From a virus: a stretch of 64,000 bases of DNA. The stretch covers positions 5,736 through 69,735 of IMG/VR virus record IMGVR_UViG_3300030106_006238; one strand, written 5' to 3'. The notes beneath the pieces were generated by a model. It saw only the letters and a program-made list of their open reading frames with translations. It was not told where the DNA came from and ran no database searches. The position numbers and the translations under genes were made by a program. Every line of letters begins with the position of its first letter. Positions within the stretch are counted from its first letter, which is position 1. Below, piece after piece: positions 48,455 to 56,296 of the stretch.

Positions 48455-49442
48455 TCACTGCCTTACCAAGAACTTCAGATACTTGTGGACATACAGCATT
48501 ACCTACTTGCCTGTATAAACTCTTCTTTGTCTTACCTTGAAATGGATGATTATCTGGAAAGCCCTGAAGCTTTGCGCATTCTCTCCATGTCAATCGTCTA
48601 AGCTTAGACAATGAATCTAATGATAGTTCATCATCTGGCTCTGCAACAAACGGTCCTGCATTACCAATCTGTACAGCAGCTACTGTAGTAGATGGTTCAT
48701 CACTAATGTTCCTATAAGTTCTCTTCTCTCTTTCTTCTGATGTTCTTGGATTCGTACCACCACCAAGAAACTGACCAGAACCTAATGCATCACTAATAGT
48801 GTTCCATGGTTTCAATCGTGAACTAAACATTGTTCCTTGTAGTGTAGAACTCAATGAACCATGTGTAGCTTCTGGCCATCTAATCTGTTGAGCACCAGCA
48901 ACTAAGAAGACACGACGCCTATGCTGTGGCACTCCATAATCAGAAGCATTCATCATGATGTGTCCTACCCAATCAAACCTCTTCTGAAACTCTGGAACAA
49001 TCCAATCTTCCCAGTAGCAACCTGGACATTTATTAGCATCGCCAGAACAATCAGCAGAATGATACGTCAACCCTGGTACGTTCTCACAGATGACATAGCG
49101 TGGACCTATGCCTCTTTCTATAAAGTGGTCAATGATGTTGAGAGTCCATGGCCAACCGTTCCTCTCGTCTAATGCTCCGAGTCTACTACCCGCAGTAGAG
49201 AATGCCTGACATGGTGGTGATGCCCAAAGCAAATCAACACGCTCTATATCTTTATACAAAGACAAGTCTCTTACATCTCCGCATGTACCTGGAAAGCCAG
49301 CAGCAACTAAAGTCTCCGCTGCATCAGCATCCCATTCAACACACAGCTTGTGATCAAAGCCTGCTCTTCTCAATCCAACAGAAGCACCACCTGCTCCTGC
49401 GAATAGATCGACACTAACAAAGTCCTTCAAGTGTCCTCCCAA
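48441..49442 (-). CDS. DNA (cytosine-5) methyltransferase
   Basis: DLFAGAGG (I), SPPCQAFS (IV), ENV (VI), QHRRRVF (VIII), RRLTWRECAKLQGFP (IX), YRQVGNAV (X). Confidence 0.93.
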   Translation of the reverse strand: MGGHLKDFVSVDLFAGAGGASVGLRRAGFDHKLCVEWDADAAETLVAAGFPGTCGDVRDLSLYKDIERVDLLWASPPCQAFSTAGSRLGALDERNGWPWTLNIIDHFIERGIGPRYVICENVPGLTYHSADCSGDANKCPGCYWEDWIVPEFQKRFDWVGHIMMNASDYGVPQHRRRVFLVAGAQQIRWPEATHGSLSSTLQGTMFSSRLKPWNTISDALGSGQFLGGGTNPRTSEEREKRTYRNISDEPSTTVAAVQIGNAGPFVAEPDDELSLDSLSKLRRLTWRECAKLQGFPDNHPFQGKTKKSLYRQVGNAVCPQVSEVLGKAVIDAM

Positions 49443-49503
49443 TGTGGTGTGTCTACTACCTTATCAATACGATGCTTTGTTGCCAAGAAGCTCGCAGCTC
49501 GTG

Positions 49504-49640
49504 TGGGGGTTACTCGCTGCATGGGGGGTTGTGGGGGTATCCCCCTTCGTAAGTGATAGTGTGGGGGTTGACGTGTCAAGGCATAGGCCCGAAAGCTCAT
49601 TAGGGGGGGGTGTGGGGGGTGTGGGGGGTGACAAGTCAAG
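49504..49640 (+). other. G-run cluster at the transcription divergence point
   Basis: G4, G6, G5, G5, then G8-TGT-G6-TGT-G6 (49603-49628). Confidence 0.7.
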
Positions 49641-49696
49641 AGACCCTATAGAACGGGGATCAAAGGTATAGCTAAGAGAAGATTTTGGGGTTCAAA

Positions 49697-49768
49697 TGTC
49701 AAGGAAATGTCAAGAGGTGTGTATTTTATGGTTTCAACGTTGACAACACGGGGGGCACGGGTGAAGAT
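49697..49768 (+). promoter_or_regulatory. early promoter P1 with upstream TGTCAAGGAAATGTCAAG box
   Basis: Box at 49697-49714; TTGACA(49740)-N17-GAAGAT; hairpin TCATCGG/CCGATGA at the start site. Confidence 0.65.
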
Positions 49769-49808
49769 GGATCATCGGAATCAACCGATGACCAAACGGA
49801 GCAACACA

Positions 49809-50426
49809 ATGCAAACCACACCAAACACCATCGCCCTCCCTACCAACCTCGAGCAAGCCTTCTCGCTGACCAGAGGCGGCCAGTTCTGCTTCCTCGCCGA
49901 GCACGAGAACAAGGACGGATTCAAGTGCGCCAGCCGCCTTTACCAGACCGGCTTCAGCTACAAGGCTCTTTTGCAAGAGGCCCTCGCCGACTTGGCCAAC
50001 TTGACCGCGAACCAGGTGATGGCTCAGTGCCGACACTGCGATACTCAGGCCCTCGCTCAGACTGCTATCGACCAACAGAAGGCATCCTGGGAGCGCTCGC
50101 TGGACAAGATCGCTAAAGGCACCCTCGAGTCTAACTACACCGAGGCGACTCCTGGCGTGCTCGTCAACGCGAACAATCCCGGCAGGCTCTACGTTCGTGG
50201 CCTCCTGGTGCGGGAGCAAGTCATCTGGCGCAAGGATCGCCCAGCGACCAAACACCGTAGCCCGCTGACCCCTACCAAGGCATGGATCAAGAATCAGTCT
50301 CGCATCAGCGACTACAAAAACTTCAGCCTCACCCCTGAGTCTAACTTCAAACACTTGGCGCTGGGTGGTCGTATCATCACCCCCGCCGATATCACCCGAT
50401 ACCTGGAGGATGTGTTGGGGGCGTAA
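49809..50426 (+). CDS. early hypothetical protein (205 aa)
   Basis: ACGGAGCAACACAATG leader fixes the start at MQTTPN. Confidence 0.8.
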   Translation: MQTTPNTIALPTNLEQAFSLTRGGQFCFLAEHENKDGFKCASRLYQTGFSYKALLQEALADLANLTANQVMAQCRHCDTQALAQTAIDQQKASWERSLDKIAKGTLESNYTEATPGVLVNANNPGRLYVRGLLVREQVIWRKDRPATKHRSPLTPTKAWIKNQSRISDYKNFSLTPESNFKHLALGGRIITPADITRYLEDVLGA

Positions 50427-50540
50427 GCCCCTGGGGGTGGGGGCCTGGTAACCTCCACCCCCTCCGTCCGAGGCTGTACCGCCTCGCTGATGAGACTCAT
50501 GGAGAGTCGAAACGGAAACTCCAAACGGAAACACAACACA

Positions 50541-50759
50541 ATGCAACCACATATCAAACAACTGATCTCAGAAGGTAAAGTACAACAGAGCAAACAGCTC
50601 TGCGCAGAGGAAGGATGCCAAGAACCTCTCTACGAGTTCACCGTCCCGATGTCTGAACCTCTCGTAATCAACGCAACACGGAGCCACCCTTTCGGCTACA
50701 TCTGCGACAAGTGCGACAATAAGCGAACCCAAAAAAGATTCTTCGCTATTACTCGATAA
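50541..50759 (+). CDS. small early protein with Cys pairs
   Basis: ACGGAAACACAACACAATG leader; CAEEGC..CDKC. Confidence 0.65.
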   Translation: MQPHIKQLISEGKVQQSKQLCAEEGCQEPLYEFTVPMSEPLVINATRSHPFGYICDKCDNKRTQKRFFAITR

Positions 50760-50805
50760 CAACACCGCCCCCCTTCGGGGGGGCACTTACACGGAGCACA
50801 ACACC

Positions 50806-51204
50806 ATGCACACAAGAAAAGAATACATGTCCGGCGACTGCACACACCAACAGTTCTATGAGCAGATGGTGACCGATGAAATCAAGGAAGGGGTTCGAAA
50901 GAGTATCGGCCTGGGCCGCATCATGCACTCAACGTGCGAACACTTCAACGATATACCTCTTAGCTTCTGGGATACCTTGGGCTGGAATCTAAGCGGTGCG
51001 ATTGACCCTCAAATCAAAGCGGCATCTGACCACCCATCCCTTGCCGGTAGGGTGTGTGTGGTGAAGGCAGCAGCAAAAATGCTGAAGCGGGAAGAAGAGG
51101 ATTTGACACCTTACGAGGTTCTCAAACGCATGAGACGGATGCATGCGATAGCTGCGGTTGATCGTTCGAATGCTTGGCTACGGGAAAAAGAAGGGGGTGA
51201 GTAA
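50806..51204 (+). CDS. early hypothetical protein
   Basis: Hairpin plus ACGGAGCACAACACCATG leader. Confidence 0.8.
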   Translation: MHTRKEYMSGDCTHQQFYEQMVTDEIKEGVRKSIGLGRIMHSTCEHFNDIPLSFWDTLGWNLSGAIDPQIKAASDHPSLAGRVCVVKAAAKMLKREEEDLTPYEVLKRMRRMHAIAAVDRSNAWLREKEGGE

Positions 51205-51281
51205 TGGATCCTCAGTTCTGGATTGAATGGCTCTTCTTGGTCAGCCTACTGTTCGCCGGATGGTGGGTGCTACCAAACTAA
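51204..51281 (+). CDS. 25-aa transmembrane peptide (not in ORF track)
   Basis: TAATG coupling; MDPQFWIEWLFLVSLLFAGWWVLPN; followed by a terminator. Confidence 0.5.
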   Translation: MDPQFWIEWLFLVSLLFAGWWVLPN

Positions 51282-51288
51282 AACAGAG

Positions 51289-51315
51289 GCCCTGAGCTCA
51301 GCTCGGGGCTTTCTT
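51289..51315 (+). terminator. intrinsic terminator before repeat cluster A
   Basis: GCCCTGAGC-TCA-GCTCGGGGC-TTTCTT. Confidence 0.75.
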
Positions 51316-51343
51316 GCGTCTGGGGCAGCTCAACCTATCACTT

Positions 51344-51368
51344 GTCAGAAAACGGTCCAAGTCGCGCC
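51344..51368 (+). repeat. 25-bp element, cluster A (1 copy)
   Basis: GTCAGAAAACGGTCCAAGTCGCGCC. Confidence 0.85.
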
Positions 51369-51439
51369 AGCTCAAAAAAACAAAACTTTTTTGTCCGCCT
51401 AAATCATGCGAGCTCGTCTTGTATTGTAGGAGAACAACA

Positions 51440-51670
51440 ATGAGTAAGTTTGAAGAGAGAGAAGACGAAAACCGCGACCTAGCAAAAAGCTTTATTGGCC
51501 TATTCGCTAAGAAGTTGAGTGAAGAGCTAATCGAGATGCGTGATGCTGGTGTCGATGCTGGAGAAGAGCATGTGCAAGAGATGATTGGTCTCCTGCATGG
51601 ACTCAACGTCATTGCAATAGAGCAAGAGCTTGGTGAAGCAATGAAGAAAAGCATGGAGGCAATTACATGA
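51440..51670 (+). CDS. small acidic early protein
   Basis: AGGAGAACAACAATG leader; MSKFEERE. Confidence 0.75.
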   Translation: MSKFEEREDENRDLAKSFIGLFAKKLSEELIEMRDAGVDAGEEHVQEMIGLLHGLNVIAIEQELGEAMKKSMEAIT

Positions 51671-51686
51671 ACCCCCCTCCGTAACC

Positions 51687-51767
51687 GTCAGAAGACGTAC
51701 CAGGTCGCACCATCGTTAGGGGACGTACCAGGTCGCACCATCGCTAAAAGACAAAAGACTTCGCACG
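51687..51767 (+). repeat. 25-bp element, cluster B (2 copies plus 1 degenerate, period 28)
   Basis: Units start at 51687, 51715 and 51743 (degenerate). Confidence 0.9.
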
Positions 51768-51775
51768 GGTCGAGT

Positions 51776-51837
51776 TGTCAAGGAAATGTCAAGGGTGTGT
51801 TTTAGGTGTTGCCAACTCCGATACCACGTGGCATATT
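51776..51837 (+). promoter_or_regulatory. early promoter with TGTCAAGGAAATGTCAAG box
   Basis: Box at 51776-51793; TTGCCA(51809)-N17-CATATT with extended TG. Confidence 0.7.
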
Positions 51838-51879
51838 GTGAGAGTAGCAAGGACGCTACAACAACACGGAGCAAAAACA

Positions 51880-52119
51880 ATGAGTCAAAAACCACAACGC
51901 CCAATCAACGTAATCGCAAAGGAAATCGTCGCTGATTGGAAAGTCGTAAACTATGCCGCCGTTCCATATCTGGAAGCAATGTTTTCACTCGATAGCATTG
52001 ACGACAACTTCCACTATGACTCCGGCAAGTCTGTAGTCCGCTACTTCCTTGCCAATGCGCAAGGGTGGCGAGGCGAGAAAGCACGAAGCATCAAAGCTGA
52101 ACTCAAGAGCATGATGTAA
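51880..52119 (+). CDS. early hypothetical protein (79 aa)
   Basis: ACGGAGCAAAAACAATG leader; MSQKPQRP..YAAVPYL.AM..YFLANA.GWRGE. Confidence 0.8.
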   Translation: MSQKPQRPINVIAKEIVADWKVVNYAAVPYLEAMFSLDSIDDNFHYDSGKSVVRYFLANAQGWRGEKARSIKAELKSMM

Positions 52120-52166
52120 ACCTCAACGGGGGGCGCAAGCCCCCCACCACACCACGGAGAAAAACA

Positions 52167-52478
52167 ATGACATTCGAAACACACAATGAGACCACAGTAC
52201 TTAGCGGCGGAACATGCTTGCAAGGCTACATCACGATTGACTTTGATAAACTGGTAGCTGTATTCGGAGAGCCTTGCGAAGGCGATCAATACAAAGTCGA
52301 TTGGGAATGGGAAATCGAGTTTGATGACGGTACGGTTGCAACTGTCTACAACTGGAAGAACGGACCCAGCTATTGTGGAGAGCAAGGTTTGAACCAATAT
52401 CAGATCAAAGAATGGCACGTTGGAGGCCGTTCCCGCACTGCAGTCAATCTTGTAGAGAACGCACTAAACATCGCATAA
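52167..52478 (+). CDS. early hypothetical protein
   Basis: GTCLQGYI..LVAVFGEP..KVDWEW..ATVYNWK..WHVGG; hairpin plus GGAG leader. Confidence 0.85.
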   Translation: MTFETHNETTVLSGGTCLQGYITIDFDKLVAVFGEPCEGDQYKVDWEWEIEFDDGTVATVYNWKNGPSYCGEQGLNQYQIKEWHVGGRSRTAVNLVENALNIA

Positions 52479-52536
52479 CCGTGGTGGGGTGGCGGGTAGC
52501 CCGCAAGGGTCCGCCACCCCTATTGGAGCAAGGAAA

Positions 52537-52650
52537 ATGGAAGAGCAAGAATGGTTAGCAGAGGTCTGCAGGAAATTTAGCGAGCAAGACTTAGCATTCA
52601 CTTTATGGCATCGCGTGTTTGTGTCGTATCAAACCCCAGCGATAGCTTAG
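52537..52650 (+). CDS. 37-aa hypothetical peptide
   Basis: Hairpin plus GGAGCAAGGAAAATG leader. Confidence 0.4.
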   Translation: MEEQEWLAEVCRKFSEQDLAFTLWHRVFVSYQTPAIA

Positions 52651-52764
52651 AAAGCATGCGCTATTGGATGTGCTTCTAGTGCAGGAAGTAAATGATCTTC
52701 TCCATTGTAGGGTCGCGCCCATGAATGGCACGAAGAACAGCTAAGAAAATCACCAATAGTGGCG

Positions 52765-52801
52765 GCCCGATCATCGTGCACAGATGATCGGGTTTTCTTT
52801 T
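52765..52801 (+). terminator. intrinsic terminator before cluster C
   Basis: GCCCGATCATC/GATGATCGGGT followed by TTTCTTTT. Confidence 0.8.
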
Positions 52802-52820
52802 GAGCTGCAGTACTATCACT

Positions 52821-52901
52821 GTTTGGGGACGTACCAGGTCGCGCCGTCGTTAGGGGACGGTCCAAGTCGCACCGTCGTTGGGGGACGTACCAAGTCGCAC
52901 C
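52821..52901 (+). repeat. 25-bp element, cluster C (3 copies, period 28)
   Basis: Units start at 52821, 52849 and 52877. Confidence 0.92.
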
Positions 52902-52941
52902 AGCTCAACAAATCACCAGCTCCTTTTTTCTGGTGCCAAGG

Positions 52942-52970
52942 TTGACAACGGGGGTGAGAAATGCGACATT
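52942..52970 (+). promoter_or_regulatory. sigma70-like early promoter
   Basis: TTGACA-N17-GACATT with extended TG. Confidence 0.6.
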
Positions 52971-53015
52971 GGGGGTGGGAGAGGACGGTCTTCTCTCAAT
53001 CACCACGGAGCACCA

Positions 53016-53291
53016 ATGAGTAGTCAAAACACAATCATTTCAAACCCAGAGTTCTACACTCCACTTTCTGAGTTGCGCCAGTACTCCGACAAGTACTTAG
53101 CAGAGGCCATCAAATGGGAGCCACTCTACAAAGGCTGGACCGTATACGGAGACGCCACATTGTACGAATGCCACATCCAAGGCGACGAGAACACCATTGT
53201 AATGGTCATTGGCGGTAAGGCTTATGACACAGGGCATTGGGAAATCTCAGATCTCCGAGAGCACGAACCAATCCAAATCAACTTCTTTTAG
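53016..53291 (+). CDS. early hypothetical protein
   Basis: CACCACGGAGCACCAATG leader; MSSQNTII. Confidence 0.75.
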   Translation: MSSQNTIISNPEFYTPLSELRQYSDKYLAEAIKWEPLYKGWTVYGDATLYECHIQGDENTIVMVIGGKAYDTGHWEISDLREHEPIQINFF

Positions 53292-53344
53292 AACTACAAA
53301 CCAACCAGGGGGGCGCAAGCCCCCAACACCACGGAGCACAAAAA

Positions 53345-53608
53345 ATGAAATGGTCTTATCAAAGTCAAAGCCTTCACTACACGTCGATTCACTCTTCGGA
53401 CCCGGATCCCGCAAAATGCATTTGTAAGGGTAGCGGTTGGTGGCTTTCCAACTATGACACCTGGGAGCAGTGCAGCTACACCGCTCATCGCAAGGGTAAC
53501 GAACGTCATCCAGAAGACGTAGCATACGAAGAGTCCATGAATGAATGGGCGGCTGAATGGGAAGCTGAGAAAGCAATGGAAGCCGAACAAAACAAAGGAG
53601 GTGAATAA
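53345..53608 (+). CDS. early protein with CxC.G.G..C..H motif
   Basis: Hairpin plus ACGGAGCACAAAAAATG leader; CICKGSGW..WEQC. Confidence 0.75.
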   Translation: MKWSYQSQSLHYTSIHSSDPDPAKCICKGSGWWLSNYDTWEQCSYTAHRKGNERHPEDVAYEESMNEWAAEWEAEKAMEAEQNKGGE

Positions 53609-53862
53609 TGGAAACCATGCAAGCGCTAGTAGTGAGCGTTGTAGACGCGATTGGAAACGATCCTAAACCAGACTGGAAAGATTCTTTGATTGATGCATGC
53701 GATGCTGTAGAAGCGGAGTTTGATGAGATGAAAGAAGCACTAAAAAAGCAGAAAGCCTGCACAGAAAGCACTGAAACAATGTTCGAAGCTTTCGATGAGG
53801 AAACAGGGGAGACCTGGGCATTGTGTTGGCATCTCGTCAAAGAGAAAGGGGGTGATGGATGA
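53608..53862 (+). CDS. small acidic early protein
   Basis: GGAGG RBS, TAATG coupling. Confidence 0.7.
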   Translation: METMQALVVSVVDAIGNDPKPDWKDSLIDACDAVEAEFDEMKEALKKQKACTESTETMFEAFDEETGETWALCWHLVKEKGGDG

Positions 53863-53884
53863 GCAGCTCGCTTTCGATTCAACA

Positions 53885-53987
53885 GCAGCGCGACGGTCCA
53901 AGTCGCACCGTTGAAAGCCGTACCAAGTCGCACCGTTAGGGGCCGTACCAAGTCGCACCACAGTTAGGGGACGGTCCAAGTCGCATC
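53885..53987 (+). repeat. 25-bp element, cluster D (4 copies; periods 25, 25, 28)
   Basis: Units start at 53885, 53910, 53935 and 53963. Confidence 0.92.
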
Positions 53988-53990
53988 GAA

Positions 53991-54050
53991 TGTCAAGGAA
54001 ATGTCAAGGGCAAAATAAGTGTTGCCAAGACTGATAACAGCAGCTAAGAT
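53991..54050 (+). promoter_or_regulatory. early promoter with TGTCAAGGAAATGTCAAG box
   Basis: Box at 53991-54008; TTGCCA(54022)-N17-TAAGAT. Confidence 0.75.
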
Positions 54051-54078
54051 AAAGACACCACAACAAAGGACACCACAA

Positions 54079-54819
54079 ATGAGAAGAATTGTTTTATACG
54101 AAGGACCATCAGCCATTGACGGCGCACCAATTGTCGCATTGACAGCAGACATTGATCGCAAGTCTAAAAACGTGAAAACTGCAGACGAAGTCCAGACTTA
54201 TATCCTGCGCCAGGATGTCAAGCCTAACGCGGCGATCAAGTCAGGAGAGGACACGTCAATTTGTGGCGGATGCGCACACCGATCAGAGGCATCGGGCGGA
54301 TCGGGCGCATGCTATGTGATCGCCTTTCGTGGCCCGCTCGCAGTGTGGTCCGCTTACAAGCGAGGCAATGTGATCAGGCCATCGGATGCTTTGATCTCCG
54401 CTATGGTAGCAGACCGGACGATCCGTCTTGGATCCTATGGCAATCCGTCTGCTATCCCTGCGGATCGTTGGGAGGTCTTGCTTGCACAGTCGAAGGGCCA
54501 CACAGGATATGATCACAGGTGGCGCGATATTGACCCTGCAGTGTGGGCACACCTTGTTATGGCAAGCGTTGACACGCCGGAAGAAGCACACGAAGCGATC
54601 GCGATGGGATACCGGACGTTTCGAACCCGTTTACCTGACGAAGTATTGATGCCACACGAGCGAGTGTGTCCTGCCTCTCATGAGTTTGGGCAAGTGTTGA
54701 CTTGCGAGCAGTGCAGGGGATGTGACGGCACACGACGCGGACAAAAACGAAAGTCCTACGCCATCATAGCCCATGGCCCTATGGCAAAAAGATACGAAAA
54801 GTGGAGGGCAAGCCTGTAA
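54079..54819 (+). CDS. Cys-rich phage protein, GP88-like (possible Fe-S / radical-SAM-like)
   Basis: N.KT..VQTYI..ICGGCAHR..ACYV..RLGSYGNP..HTGY.H.W..MASVD..CPA..TCEQCRGC. Confidence 0.7.
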   Translation: MRRIVLYEGPSAIDGAPIVALTADIDRKSKNVKTADEVQTYILRQDVKPNAAIKSGEDTSICGGCAHRSEASGGSGACYVIAFRGPLAVWSAYKRGNVIRPSDALISAMVADRTIRLGSYGNPSAIPADRWEVLLAQSKGHTGYDHRWRDIDPAVWAHLVMASVDTPEEAHEAIAMGYRTFRTRLPDEVLMPHERVCPASHEFGQVLTCEQCRGCDGTRRGQKRKSYAIIAHGPMAKRYEKWRASL

Positions 54820-54825
54820 TCGGGT

Positions 54826-54854
54826 TTGACACCACACAGAACACAAGCTAAGAT
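54826..54854 (+). promoter_or_regulatory. sigma70-like early promoter
   Basis: TTGACA-N17-TAAGAT, then the GTAGG-ATGAA-CCTAC leader hairpin. Confidence 0.8.
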
Positions 54855-54893
54855 TCAAAAGTAGGATGAACCTACACACCACAAGGAGCAACA

Positions 54894-55184
54894 ATGTCAT
54901 TCGACCCACACAAATCAGCATACGTTTTCTATTCGGACCCTGGTCACGAATGGTTAGCAGTGCCTTTCAGCGCATTGAAAGACTTGGACATTGAGCAGGA
55001 GATCTCATCCTACTCATACACCAACAAGCACAAAACCGTCGCATATCTGGAGGGGGACTGCGATGCAGCAGTGTTCCTGAAAGCCTTCCAAGAGAAGTAT
55101 GGCTTTCGTCCTAAGTGGATTGACAGTAGCACTAACGGTCAATCACACGTCCGCCGCATGCCACACTACATTCAGCCACAATAA
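54894..55184 (+). CDS. early hypothetical protein (DPGH.WL.V..ISSYSY..YLE.DCD motif)
   Basis: AAGGAG RBS; motif familiar from phage and mobile-element small proteins. Confidence 0.8.
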   Translation: MSFDPHKSAYVFYSDPGHEWLAVPFSALKDLDIEQEISSYSYTNKHKTVAYLEGDCDAAVFLKAFQEKYGFRPKWIDSSTNGQSHVRRMPHYIQPQ

Positions 55185-55193
55185 GGAGAGATC

Positions 55194-55598
55194 ATGGGAT
55201 ACTGTATCTTTCAAAGAGATGGAAAGTTCAAAATTGCCTCCGCCGACAAGGCGGGGGCGCTATCGGCCCTCAAAAAACTATCCAAAGGCGATTATGCATG
55301 GGTAGATCACTTGGGATTGGAGCAAGCAGACACACTGGAGCAAGCGATTAGGGCATGGCGATGGCATGCCACGACGGATGAACAGGGAAACATTGACGAT
55401 CTGTATTTCAACGGAGAAAAATACGGAGACGAAGAGGTTTTGCTCAAAGTGCTCGCACTCTACGCCGAAAGTGGCTCGTGGGTAGAAATGCAAGGCGAAG
55501 ACGGCGAACGATGGATGTGGAAGTTCGAAAGGAGACAGCTTGTAACCTACAACGCAAAGATCACCTTTGATGAACCGTCATACAGCTACGAAACATAA
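55194..55598 (+). CDS. early hypothetical protein
   Basis: AAGGAG RBS; MGY..GEK..GSWVEMQGEDGERW. Confidence 0.8.
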   Translation: MGYCIFQRDGKFKIASADKAGALSALKKLSKGDYAWVDHLGLEQADTLEQAIRAWRWHATTDEQGNIDDLYFNGEKYGDEEVLLKVLALYAESGSWVEMQGEDGERWMWKFERRQLVTYNAKITFDEPSYSYET

Positions 55599-55611
55599 AA
55601 GGCATGCTCCG

Positions 55612-55644
55612 AGGGGTCAGGATTTCGGTCCTGGCCCCTTTTTT
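55612..55644 (+). terminator. intrinsic terminator before cluster E
   Basis: AGGGGTCAGGAT-TTCG-GTCCTGGCCCCT followed by T5. Confidence 0.85.
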
Positions 55645-55692
55645 CGGCGCGAAATCCGGCCCTCAGCTCAAGATGTGAAGTAAGCAGTGATA

Positions 55693-55834
55693 GTTTACAT
55701 TCGGACGCGGTTGCGCCAGCTCCGTTAGGGGTCGGGCCAGGTCGCATCACCATAGTTGGGGGGCGGGCCAGGTCGCATCATGTTCCAATAACATGCATTA
55801 TGTTCAATGGTTGGGGGGCGGTCCAAGTCGCACC
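55693..55834 (+). repeat. 25-bp element, cluster E (1 degenerate plus 3 copies; periods 31, 31, 55)
   Basis: Units start at 55693 (degenerate), 55724, 55755 and 55810. Confidence 0.9.
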
Positions 55835-55878
55835 AAACGATGGACGGGAAACTATTTTGGCTAATACTGTTATCTTCC

Positions 55879-55930
55879 TTGACTACTCAAATGAATCAAT
55901 GTTATGGATATGGGGTAGGATGAACCTACA
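55879..55930 (+). promoter_or_regulatory. putative early promoter with leader hairpin
   Basis: TTGACT at 55879 with a weak -10; GTAGGATGAACCTACA (55915-55930) identical to 54861-54876. Confidence 0.55.
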
Positions 55931-55951
55931 AACAACAAGTGAGACACCACA

Positions 55952-56248
55952 ATGGAATTCGAAAGATTCAACCACTGCCCAGGCAACATGACCCGATACG
56001 ATTTGCTGTTCGCGAAGAACGGGAACGGAGGGTTCATCCTTGTCTGGCTGAACCGAAGCGGGATTAGCGGCCCAGCGATCAACTACGACGGTGGAGGCAT
56101 GGTTACTCCTGGCTACCTCGAGGCGAAGCTTGATCATCCTGAAGGCTTGAGGGGAGACATGAATGCACTGTGTGCCTTCCTGGCCTCGAAGGGCGTTCAC
56201 GCAGAAGTGACCGGAGGCTTCAAGGCTGACGGTACATACCGACGATAA
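55952..56248 (+). CDS. early hypothetical protein
   Basis: ACACCACAATG leader. Confidence 0.7.
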   Translation: MEFERFNHCPGNMTRYDLLFAKNGNGGFILVWLNRSGISGPAINYDGGGMVTPGYLEAKLDHPEGLRGDMNALCAFLASKGVHAEVTGGFKADGTYRR

Positions 56249-56296
56249 ACTCTAACGGGGGGCGCAAGTCCCCCATCACCACATAAGGACACCACA

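Noticed and set aside
49427-49639. 70-aa Pro/His-rich ORF
   Set aside because: Translation of the C-runs complementary to the G-tracts.
49734-50561. 275-aa minus-strand ORF, and similar antisense ORFs at 23317..24117, 40903..41655, 53247..53951 and 56797..57429
   Set aside because: They overlap well-supported genes on the other strand and have composition typical of antisense frames.
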